Assembly (NCBI GenBank): GCA_000276965.1
Contig: AKKQ01000005.1
Span: 1-60,626, forward strand
Length of the DNA stretch: 60,626 nucleotides
DNA from: Thiovulum sp. ES
GTDB lineage: Bacteria > Campylobacterota > Campylobacteria > Campylobacterales > Thiovulaceae
Reading direction: 5' to 3'
A model generated the notes under the pieces. That model worked only from the letters and a program-made list of their open reading frames with translations, was not told the DNA's origin and did not search any database. Position 1 is the stretch's first letter, and each line of letters starts with the position of its first letter. This document shows, in pieces, positions 19,118 through 26,776 of the stretch. The position numbers and the translations under genes are program-made.

Positions 19118-20420
19118 TTCTACTCTCCTTTTTCTCTTCAGAAGTTTCTACTTTTGTTTCGGGTTTTTCTGAACTTGTTTCAGAATTTTCAACTTTTACG
19201 ATTTCATCAACTTCAGCTTTTTCAACGACCTCATCGCCAATTTTGATAGCATGTTTTAGAATTTTGTAAGTTTTACCAATTTCAACATTTCCAAGAACAA
19301 CGAGCAAATCATCACTGTTTGTTTTTGTAACTTCGATTTCTTGATCAACTTCAAATTCAGTTTGCACAACATCACCAAAAACAGAAGAGACCTCTAAAAA
19401 CTTAGATGGAAAACTTTCGTGAAGTTGTTTTGCAAGTTCTAAGTTCTTTTTTTCCATTCCAATTTTTTCAGCTTTTGCAATCTCACTTTCTAACTCTTTT
19501 TTGTGTTTCTGTTCAACTTTTTGGAGGTTTTCCAAATCACCCTTTTTTGAAATATAAAGCCGAGAAATTTTTGAAAGTTCAGCTAAACCATCTCTCATAT
19601 ACTCCTCAAGTTCATCAATCGCTTTTTCCTCTTTTGGCACAACTGAATCTTTTTTAGCATCACTGTTTCCAATTTTTTCAGGCAATTCAGAAAGAGTTTT
19701 TTCCAAACTTTGGAGATTTTGCAATTGTCTTGTTTGCCCCTGAATTGACTCAACATTAGTAGAAAGCTCTTTCAATTTCTCTTCTAGTTTTTCTTCAAGA
19801 ACAAATTCAAAATCTTTAGATTTTAAATAGTCATTTGGGATTTTCATTTTTTGAGATTCAGGAAATTTGATTTGAGAAATTCTGTTTTTAATATCTGCTG
19901 TTTCATCAAAAACAGTTTTCTCAATATCTTTTTTCATATTTTCAACTTCAACTTTCCAAAAATCAAATTTTGGCATTGCATTTTTGATTTTTTTCAAAAG
20001 AGAGTTTTTATCATCTTCTTTTAAAACATCAGTGCTGTTTGCAACTTCATCAAGCAATTTGCCTTTTTGATCCAAATCTTTTTGCATTGCAACAAATTCT
20101 TTTTTTAAATATTCTTTGATTTCTTCTTTTAGTGTTCGTAAGTCATCTGAGACTCTTGCAAGTTCTAAGTTTTCGTTTGGTTCTTTGTTGTTCAGGTAAG
20201 TTTGTTCATCTTTTTGTCCTTCTGGTTTTTTAAATTTGCTGTATTTCTCATCTTTTTTATTTTGACTAGCCATTTTTTTTCCTTTAGTTTGATTTGGTCT
20301 TTTTGTTTCTTGTTGTTTTTCTACTTTTGAAATTGTATTTTCCGTAGCAGACTCTTTTTGTCCAAAAACTACATCAACTCCGAATTTAATCGGAGCTGTA
20401 ATAATTTTAAAAGGATTCAT
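19107..20420 (-). CDS. K/E-rich coiled-coil protein with a small beta-rich C-terminal domain
   Basis: 437 aa. Residues ~90-330 are long heptad-like charged helices. The C-terminal ~90 aa are beta-like (VVQTEFEVDQEIEVTKTN...GNVEIGKTYKILKHAIKIGDEVV). Overlaps both neighbouring genes. Confidence 0.6.
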   Translation of the reverse strand: MNPFKIITAPIKFGVDVVFGQKESATENTISKVEKQQETKRPNQTKGKKMASQNKKDEKYSKFKKPEGQKDEQTYLNNKEPNENLELARVSDDLRTLKEEIKEYLKKEFVAMQKDLDQKGKLLDEVANSTDVLKEDDKNSLLKKIKNAMPKFDFWKVEVENMKKDIEKTVFDETADIKNRISQIKFPESQKMKIPNDYLKSKDFEFVLEEKLEEKLKELSTNVESIQGQTRQLQNLQSLEKTLSELPEKIGNSDAKKDSVVPKEEKAIDELEEYMRDGLAELSKISRLYISKKGDLENLQKVEQKHKKELESEIAKAEKIGMEKKNLELAKQLHESFPSKFLEVSSVFGDVVQTEFEVDQEIEVTKTNSDDLLVVLGNVEIGKTYKILKHAIKIGDEVVEKAEVDEIVKVENSETSSEKPETKVETSEEKKESRNGK

Positions 20421-21913
20421 TGTTCGATTTCTTCAAATTCACCCCGAAGAACCTCGTTTTTGTTTTCATCGTAAAAGATGTAGCCAATTTCACCAGAGTC
20501 ATCATCTCGATAGAGTGAAAGGAAAATTGTATTTGATGGAAAAACTGTGCCGTCAATTGTTGCTTTTCCAATTTTTTCACACTCATCAATTTGCCCACTT
20601 TCACCCTCGTAAAATGAGAGAATAAAATCCTCTTTGAGATTAGAGTTTCCAATTCGTAATTTATATTCTGGAGAAATTTCACCGTAAGGGCTGTTTTTTC
20701 GTAGGATTTTTTGAAAACGGTTTCCAATTGCGACACCAACAGATTTACTTGTTTTTCTGATAACTGTATATTTTAGAGAGTCATCAACAGAAAGACCTGC
20801 CAAAATACCTGCACCGTGTCCAACAAGTTCCCCTAAGTTTTTTCGAGCTTCAGGTTCAAATCCGAAAAAATCACGAACAATATCTTTGATAATTGGAATT
20901 GAACTTGAACCACCAGCTAAAATCACTCGGTCAATATCAGATGGATCTAAATCAGCATCAGCAATTGCAATGTCAAGAGCATCTTCGATTTCACCAACAA
21001 TATTTGCAGTTCGTAGCCAATCTTCAAACTCATCTCGAGAGAGTTCTCGGTCAATAACTTTTGACTCATTATTTATACTCAAACCACCTTTGTAAATCTC
21101 AACTTCATCTTCTTCACTAAGGAGTTCTTTGTTTTCTCTTGCCTCTTTTAAAAGTTCTCTTTTAAGTATCTTTTGCTCTTTTTCAACTTGAATATCTGAA
21201 AGACTTATTTTTAAATCTTGTTCTAAAAACTTATTGACGATTTTTGCATCAATATTTTTACCTCCAAGTTTTTCAACTCCACCAGTATTTAAAACTTCGA
21301 TTTTTGCATGTTGCTTGTCATCTTTTTCAAACTTAAAAATAGTGAGATCAAAAGTTCCTCCCCCGAAATCAAAAACAACGATGTTCTCTTTCTTTCCATT
21401 CTCAATTTCATCACCAAAAACACCAAAAGAGATAGCAGCAGCAACAGGCTCTTCTACAAGTTTTATAACAGGTATTCCAGCATTTTCTGCCGATTTTTTG
21501 ATTCGTTTTCGATACTTATCTCCATAAGCATAGGGAACAGTGATAACAGCACCATCAATTTTTTTTCCACCATGAGTAGCTTCAACTTTTTCACGAATTC
21601 CTGTAAAAATCATCTCAGCAATATCTGAAGCTGTAACTTGACGATCACCTAAGTTTGGAACTCTCCACTTTTGGTTATCTGAAGTGATGTGTCTTTTTAC
21701 ATCATCAAAAAAGTTTAGAGTGTCATCCATTCGGTTTCTTTTTCCGAGAATATATTTTCCATCTCCCTCGATGTAAATCACATTGTCGAAAATATCACTA
21801 CCTGCATAGCTTCCCATATTTGCAACAGCAACAGCATCTTTTCTGACAAAGTCATATTTTGTTACAAAGTTTGTCGAGTTCCCAAAATCAATTCCAATAT
21901 ACAATTTATCCAT
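20417..21913 (-). CDS. Hsp70-family ATPase paralog 3
   Basis: Divergent phosphate-1 GIDFGNSTNF. VEEPVAAAISFG, VFDFGGGTFDLT and LAGGSSSIPII are present. The beta-sandwich-like C-terminus has no lid. 4-nt and 8-nt overlaps with neighbours. Confidence 0.8.
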   Translation of the reverse strand: MDKLYIGIDFGNSTNFVTKYDFVRKDAVAVANMGSYAGSDIFDNVIYIEGDGKYILGKRNRMDDTLNFFDDVKRHITSDNQKWRVPNLGDRQVTASDIAEMIFTGIREKVEATHGGKKIDGAVITVPYAYGDKYRKRIKKSAENAGIPVIKLVEEPVAAAISFGVFGDEIENGKKENIVVFDFGGGTFDLTIFKFEKDDKQHAKIEVLNTGGVEKLGGKNIDAKIVNKFLEQDLKISLSDIQVEKEQKILKRELLKEARENKELLSEEDEVEIYKGGLSINNESKVIDRELSRDEFEDWLRTANIVGEIEDALDIAIADADLDPSDIDRVILAGGSSSIPIIKDIVRDFFGFEPEARKNLGELVGHGAGILAGLSVDDSLKYTVIRKTSKSVGVAIGNRFQKILRKNSPYGEISPEYKLRIGNSNLKEDFILSFYEGESGQIDECEKIGKATIDGTVFPSNTIFLSLYRDDDSGEIGYIFYDENKNEVLRGEFEEIEQ

Positions 21914-22661
21914 TTACAATTCTCCACATATTTACTTTTCCGTCTGCAATTGCTCTATTTTCTGCAACCATGTAAGGAAATGAGATTACATTTTTAATTA
22001 CATGAGCTAGGTTTCTGTCTGTTGTGTTGCATTTATCACACTCTTCTGGCTGAATAAAATCATATTTTTTATCATCAAGTTTTTCACCAGCTTTTAATTC
22101 CAGAGTGAAAATTCCAATGTTTTTCAAGAATGAGTTGAAGATTTGTAAAACTTGCTGGTAAAACGGTTTTTCATCAATTCCACTTTCGAGAACTCTCACA
22201 ACTTCAGAAATAAAGCTAGAAAAGTTTTTATCAATTGCGATGAGGTACTCATCTGAAAGTTTTTGCAAATTCCAATTCTCATCTATCTTGAATTTTTTCA
22301 CTGCTGAAATTAATTTTCGTGTTCTGTTGTCAATTGTTTTGCCTATAATTTCGAGAGACTCAATTTCACTTTCTGAAAGTTGTTTTTCAACTCTGTCCAA
22401 AAAATCATCGAATTTCTCTGCAAAAGAATCAACTTCATCTAAAAATTTCTTTTTTTGACTTTCAAAATCATCATGAGATGTCGGTTTTCCAAAAAGAGAT
22501 TTTTCACCCTTTTCAATCATAAAAAGAGTTAAGTAATTCACATCTTTATCACTTTCAGAATCTTTTTGAACAATTGCAATTGGGCGAAAATGCCCAAAGT
22601 CTTTTGTTAAAATCTCATCAAACTTTTTATTTAGACTTACGATTTTGTCAAAGTTATACAT
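21906..22661 (-). CDS. GrpE-like putative nucleotide-exchange factor (start re-set to the MYNFDK ATG)
   Basis: The track ORF runs to 22769, but that extension lies inside the upstream gene. The ATG at 22661 gives an ATGTATAA overlap with the upstream stop. A helical N-terminal part is followed by FLKNIGIFTLELKAGEKLDDKKYDFIQPE and ...VISFPYMVAENRAIADGKVNMWRI. This resembles the GrpE four-helix-bundle/beta-domain junction. Similarity was judged by eye only. Confidence 0.4.
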   Translation of the reverse strand: MYNFDKIVSLNKKFDEILTKDFGHFRPIAIVQKDSESDKDVNYLTLFMIEKGEKSLFGKPTSHDDFESQKKKFLDEVDSFAEKFDDFLDRVEKQLSESEIESLEIIGKTIDNRTRKLISAVKKFKIDENWNLQKLSDEYLIAIDKNFSSFISEVVRVLESGIDEKPFYQQVLQIFNSFLKNIGIFTLELKAGEKLDDKKYDFIQPEECDKCNTTDRNLAHVIKNVISFPYMVAENRAIADGKVNMWRIVNG

Positions 22662-24672
22662 CTGAATTTCCTTTGATTGAAATATCTCGGCTATCAACTT
22701 TTGTGCCATCTCGGTGAAAAACTTCAGCAGAAACAAGAAGTGTGTCATCTCGACCAAGCTCAAACTCAACTCTAATTGTCAATTCTCCAGCTTTTGCTTT
22801 TGGAATTCCGCTAAATTGAATTGTGTCGATAAAATCAACTCCCTTGTCAAAAACTCTTGAACTTTTTCCAAAAACTCTTGAATTTCTGTTATAAATCTCC
22901 ACATTGATATTCTCTTGGTCATCTCGTTCAGTTTGGAAATCTTTTGTAAAACTAACTGGTAAATCTGTTCCCTCTGAAATCAACTCAAAAAATTGATGTC
23001 CTCGAATTGCAACTCCAAAATCTTTAATTGCTTCATCACTTTCAAAACTTTTATCATCAATTCCATCTTCAGAACCCCAAGTTCGTACAGCTTCAATAAC
23101 TCCACCTTTTGAAATAACGGTAGAAGTGTCTTGAGTGAAAGATGGAGTTTTGCCAAGAGTATCAATGAGAGAATCTCGAATACTTGGAATATTTGAGCTA
23201 CCACCAGCAAGAACGACCTCATCGATGTCATCAGCCATAAAATTGAGACCAGACATTAAATCTTTAACAACATCAAGAGCCTCTTTCCGAATTTCAGTAA
23301 TTGCGCTCTCAAACTCTCTTCGAGTAATTGTGTAGCTTAAATTTATATTTCCGTTTTGAGTTTTAAAATCAGAAATCTGAATTTCCGTTTGTTCAAATTC
23401 AGAGAGTTCAATTTTTGTATTTTCGGCAGAACTTAAAACAAAAGCAACATTTGTGTTGTAATCTTTTTCAGATAATTCACTCTCATCTTTGTCAAACATA
23501 TCAATATCATGTTCATCTAAAATTTTCTCAAAAATAAGTTCAGTCAATTTCTTTGTTACATCTTTTCCACCGAGTGAATTGTTTCCATTAGCACCAACAA
23601 CTTTAATATCAATATCTTTGCCGTTTTTCTCAGTTTCCAAAATTGAACAATCTAGTGTCCCGCCACCAAAATCAAAAACTAAAATTCGTTTGTCTGCTTC
23701 CGACTCAATTGCATAGGATAAACCAGCTGAAACAGGCTCTTTTTGGATACGAACTTCACCAAATCCTGCCTCTTCTCCAGCCTCTTTAATTATCGTGATT
23801 TGACTTGGATTGAAATTTGCAGGAACAGTAATTACAGCTTTTTCAATGTAATCTTTTAGATATTTCTCACTCTCCTCTTTTAAATGTTGCAAGAAAATTC
23901 TTGAAGCATCTTTTGGAGTAATTGTTAAATCACTGCTATTTTTTACTTGCTCTTTTCCTTTTAAAGCACGAAAATCAATAAGCGAAACTGTTTTAATTCC
24001 ACCAACAACATCTTCTGCTTTTACCTTTAAACCTTTGTCATTTGTAATCAAATATGTTTCTGGATTTAAATCTGTAAAAGTTTTAGCAATTGACAAAACA
24101 CGATTATCATTTTCACTGTTTTTCGTATCTTTTTCCAAGTCATCTGGCAAAATATCTAAATTGCTATCTTCAAAAAATATGTTTCCAGAATCTTTTAAGT
24201 CGTCAATACTTTTCATTGCCTCTTTTGCACTAACTTCGATATCTGGATTGTTTGCTAAATTGTGGAGTTCATCAACAACTTTATTTGGCAATCTCACAAA
24301 ATCCGACTTTCCAAACTCTTTTAAAATTTCAGGTGCATCAATAAAGATATTTGTATCAATTACAAAATTTATTTTAGTTTCGACCTCATCGCTATTAAAA
24401 GCAAAAGTATATTTTGTAGAACTTCCAATATCACTTTTAAACTCTTTTAGTAGGAGTTCTGGTTTTACTGCACCTTTTGCAATTGCTCTTGAACCAAAAA
24501 CGATCTTTTTTGAATCTTCAAAAAATAGTGCTGTTGGAATAATCTTTTTTTTCTTGAAAAGAACCTGCTCGATTTGTCCCTTGTCAAAATATGAGACGAC
24601 TGAATTTGTTGTTCCAAAATCTATTGAGATTGTTTTTCCATTTGCTTCTGTGAATTCTAACTCTTCTGCCAT
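22654..24672 (-). CDS. Hsp70-family ATPase paralog 2 with a PIN nuclease domain inserted in the NBD
   Basis: Hsp70 motifs SIDFGTTNS, AVITVPANF, QKEPVSAGLSY, VFDFGGGTLDCS and LAGGSSNIPSI. Residues ~101-236 form an insert with PIN-type acidic motifs: VIDTNIF, VVDELHNL, ENDNRVLSIA and ITNDKGLKVKA. Confidence 0.8.
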   Translation of the reverse strand: MAEELEFTEANGKTISIDFGTTNSVVSYFDKGQIEQVLFKKKKIIPTALFFEDSKKIVFGSRAIAKGAVKPELLLKEFKSDIGSSTKYTFAFNSDEVETKINFVIDTNIFIDAPEILKEFGKSDFVRLPNKVVDELHNLANNPDIEVSAKEAMKSIDDLKDSGNIFFEDSNLDILPDDLEKDTKNSENDNRVLSIAKTFTDLNPETYLITNDKGLKVKAEDVVGGIKTVSLIDFRALKGKEQVKNSSDLTITPKDASRIFLQHLKEESEKYLKDYIEKAVITVPANFNPSQITIIKEAGEEAGFGEVRIQKEPVSAGLSYAIESEADKRILVFDFGGGTLDCSILETEKNGKDIDIKVVGANGNNSLGGKDVTKKLTELIFEKILDEHDIDMFDKDESELSEKDYNTNVAFVLSSAENTKIELSEFEQTEIQISDFKTQNGNINLSYTITRREFESAITEIRKEALDVVKDLMSGLNFMADDIDEVVLAGGSSNIPSIRDSLIDTLGKTPSFTQDTSTVISKGGVIEAVRTWGSEDGIDDKSFESDEAIKDFGVAIRGHQFFELISEGTDLPVSFTKDFQTERDDQENINVEIYNRNSRVFGKSSRVFDKGVDFIDTIQFSGIPKAKAGELTIRVEFELGRDDTLLVSAEVFHRDGTKVDSRDISIKGNSDV

Positions 24673-24733
24673 TTTTTCCCTTTGCTTTGTTGTTTAAATT
24701 ATATTTTTTGGACAGGACAAAACCTGTCATTTA

Positions 24734-26716
24734 TTAAAAACTTTGTAGTGAGCTTGTGATTTTTTGGAAAATTGATGACAATTGACTAAAGTCCGAACCT
24801 GAATAGTAGTGTGCCGATGAGGTTGCAAGATTTCTCAAAAAGATTTCATCAACTCCATCACCAATTCCAATCGTGATTAGAGTTGTGTCAGATTTCATAT
24901 AATTCCCTTCACTCATTGCACTATCTTGCCAATCTGGATAGCCATCAGTAACAATAATTGCTAGTTTTTCATTTCTTGCTCCAGAAAGAACCTGTCTTGC
25001 CTGTTCAATTCCACTAGCCATATTTGTCGAGCCTCGACATTCAATATTTGAGATTCTGTATTGCAAATCACTTTGAGAATTTGAGAGATTTGAAACAACT
25101 GAAGCAGAGCTACCAAATTCAACAACACCAACATTGTGAGTATTCAAATCAATCATGTCAGAAACAAGAAGCTGACAAGCATTTTTTGCTTGTTGTATTG
25201 GAGTCCCACACATGCTTCCAGAAATATCAACAGTTAAAACAATGTCAAAAGATTTTTCGTATGTTTTTTTAACTCGTTTCACTGCACCTTTTTCAATATC
25301 AACAGCCTCTTTTCTGCTACTTCCAGTTCTCACATCTTGTGCCGTAACATGTAAAATTCTGTTTTCGTCAAACTCAAAAGTAACATCGATTTGTGGAACT
25401 CCAGCAGGTGCTTTTTCAATATTTGAGAGAGAGAAACCTCCGTAATAATCATTCATATTTACATCAGAATCTTCACCCTCGAAAATCTCAATCTGAATTT
25501 CTGGTTGGTAATTTGAGACAGTTGTGTATCTTTTTGTAAATGAGATTGGGTATTGCTGATTTTTTTTCAAAATTGCTGAAAATTCATCATTCACCATTTC
25601 AATACCGAGTGAGTGAGAAATGATGTCGATAATTTGAATGCTGTCTCCAGAGTTTGCAGTAAGAGAAGCACCCATTGCTACAAGTTTGTCAAGTGGTTTA
25701 TCCGAAAAAGGTTGTTTCCCAAAAAAGTTTGTAACAAATTTTTGAACGGCAGGAATTCGTGAGCTACCACCAACAAGAACAACTTTATCAATATCATTTA
25801 TAGAAAAACCTCCGTTTGAAAGAGTATTTTCAATTGTGTTTTCAATTTTTCGGAGTGTATTTTTTGCGATTTTTTCAAATTCAGCACGAGTCAAATTCAT
25901 AGAGAGGGAATAACCACCAAAAAGATTTGGGATTTCAATCTCACTGTTTTCAGCATCAGAAAGTGCAATTTTTGTCTCTTCAGCATATTTCAGAATTGTT
26001 TGCCGAGCTTTTCTATATTCATCCTGTGGAAGTCCCGATTTTTTCAATGAAGATAAATCTGTTCCGTGATCTTTTCGGATATGTTTAAAAACTGCTTCGA
26101 TAATGTGATTGTCAAAATCATCACCACCGAGTCGATTGTCTCCGTCAAGTGCCAGAGTTTGGAATTTTCCTGCTGAAACTTGTAGAATTGAAGTATCAAA
26201 AGTTCCTCCACCAATATCTACAATAAATAGCTTTTCGTTTGCTCCACTCTCAAAACCGTAAGCAATTGCTGCTGCAACTGGTTCGGTAATAATTTGCTTG
26301 ACTTTAAAACCAGCATTTTCACCTGCTCGTTTTGTCTCATCAATTTGTGAAGATTTAAAATAAGCAGGAACAGTAATAACTGCTTCGACCTCATCGTTAC
26401 CAGTATGTTTTTTAATTCCTTTTTTGATTTCACTCAAAATTTCTGTTGCCACATCAGTTGGTGAAAAAGTTCTATCTTCAATTTTCCAACTTTTTTTCAT
26501 GTCGCCCATAAATGTCTTGGACGAACTGATATAATTTTCTGGATTTGTTAAAGATCGTTTTTTTGCAGAATCACCAATTCTAACTTTTCCACTTTCGTAA
26601 TACAAAACAGATGACAAACTTTCCAATCTACCAAATTTGATTTGCTCAAAATTTCCTCTATCGAAAATTGTTGCCACACTGTTTGTTGTTCCTAAATCAA
26701 TACCTACTTTTATCAT
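24734..26716 (-). CDS. Hsp70-family ATPase paralog 1 fused to a C-terminal vWA (MIDAS) domain
   Basis: Canonical GIDLGTTNS, ITEPVAAAIAYG, IVDIGGGTFDTS and LVGGSSRIPAV, plus an SBD-beta-like segment. Residues ~490-657 carry DISGSM...GSTNM...IIVTDGYPD, a complete DxSxS-T-D MIDAS. Confidence 0.85.
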   Translation of the reverse strand: MIKVGIDLGTTNSVATIFDRGNFEQIKFGRLESLSSVLYYESGKVRIGDSAKKRSLTNPENYISSSKTFMGDMKKSWKIEDRTFSPTDVATEILSEIKKGIKKHTGNDEVEAVITVPAYFKSSQIDETKRAGENAGFKVKQIITEPVAAAIAYGFESGANEKLFIVDIGGGTFDTSILQVSAGKFQTLALDGDNRLGGDDFDNHIIEAVFKHIRKDHGTDLSSLKKSGLPQDEYRKARQTILKYAEETKIALSDAENSEIEIPNLFGGYSLSMNLTRAEFEKIAKNTLRKIENTIENTLSNGGFSINDIDKVVLVGGSSRIPAVQKFVTNFFGKQPFSDKPLDKLVAMGASLTANSGDSIQIIDIISHSLGIEMVNDEFSAILKKNQQYPISFTKRYTTVSNYQPEIQIEIFEGEDSDVNMNDYYGGFSLSNIEKAPAGVPQIDVTFEFDENRILHVTAQDVRTGSSRKEAVDIEKGAVKRVKKTYEKSFDIVLTVDISGSMCGTPIQQAKNACQLLVSDMIDLNTHNVGVVEFGSSASVVSNLSNSQSDLQYRISNIECRGSTNMASGIEQARQVLSGARNEKLAIIVTDGYPDWQDSAMSEGNYMKSDTTLITIGIGDGVDEIFLRNLATSSAHYYSGSDFSQLSSIFQKITSSLQSF

Positions 26717-26776
26717 TCATCTTCCCTTTAAATTTTCAGAATTGTAAAGTCCTTGACGGACTATGATTGTCTAAAA

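Noticed and set aside
20407-20739. 110-aa minus-strand ORF in an alternative frame of Hsp70 paralog 3
   Set aside because: It is an out-of-frame overlap with a motif-supported gene and has no features of its own.
22662-22769. 5' extension of ORF 21906-22769
   Set aside because: The extension lies within the 3' end of the upstream Hsp70-PIN gene and encodes hydrophobic junk (MSLSLVEMTHFLFLLKFF). The ATG at 22661 gives a classic overlapping stop/start.
24035-24697. 220-aa plus-strand ORF, together with similar ORFs at 20886-21095, 21234-21628, 23135-23335 and 23489-23716, all opposite the Hsp70 genes
   Set aside because: These lie entirely antisense to ORFs with strong Hsp70 motifs. Their products are low-complexity and S/F/K-rich, with no motifs. 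This is typical of shadow ORFs in AT-rich DNA.
17495-26716. Reading the cluster as the housekeeping dnaK-grpE-dnaJ operon
   Set aside because: The cluster has four paralogs, none with a helical lid or conserved C-terminal tail. It has no J-domain protein and no hrcA. It carries PIN and vWA additions and tight overlaps with a coiled-coil gene. This does not match the canonical heat-shock operon.
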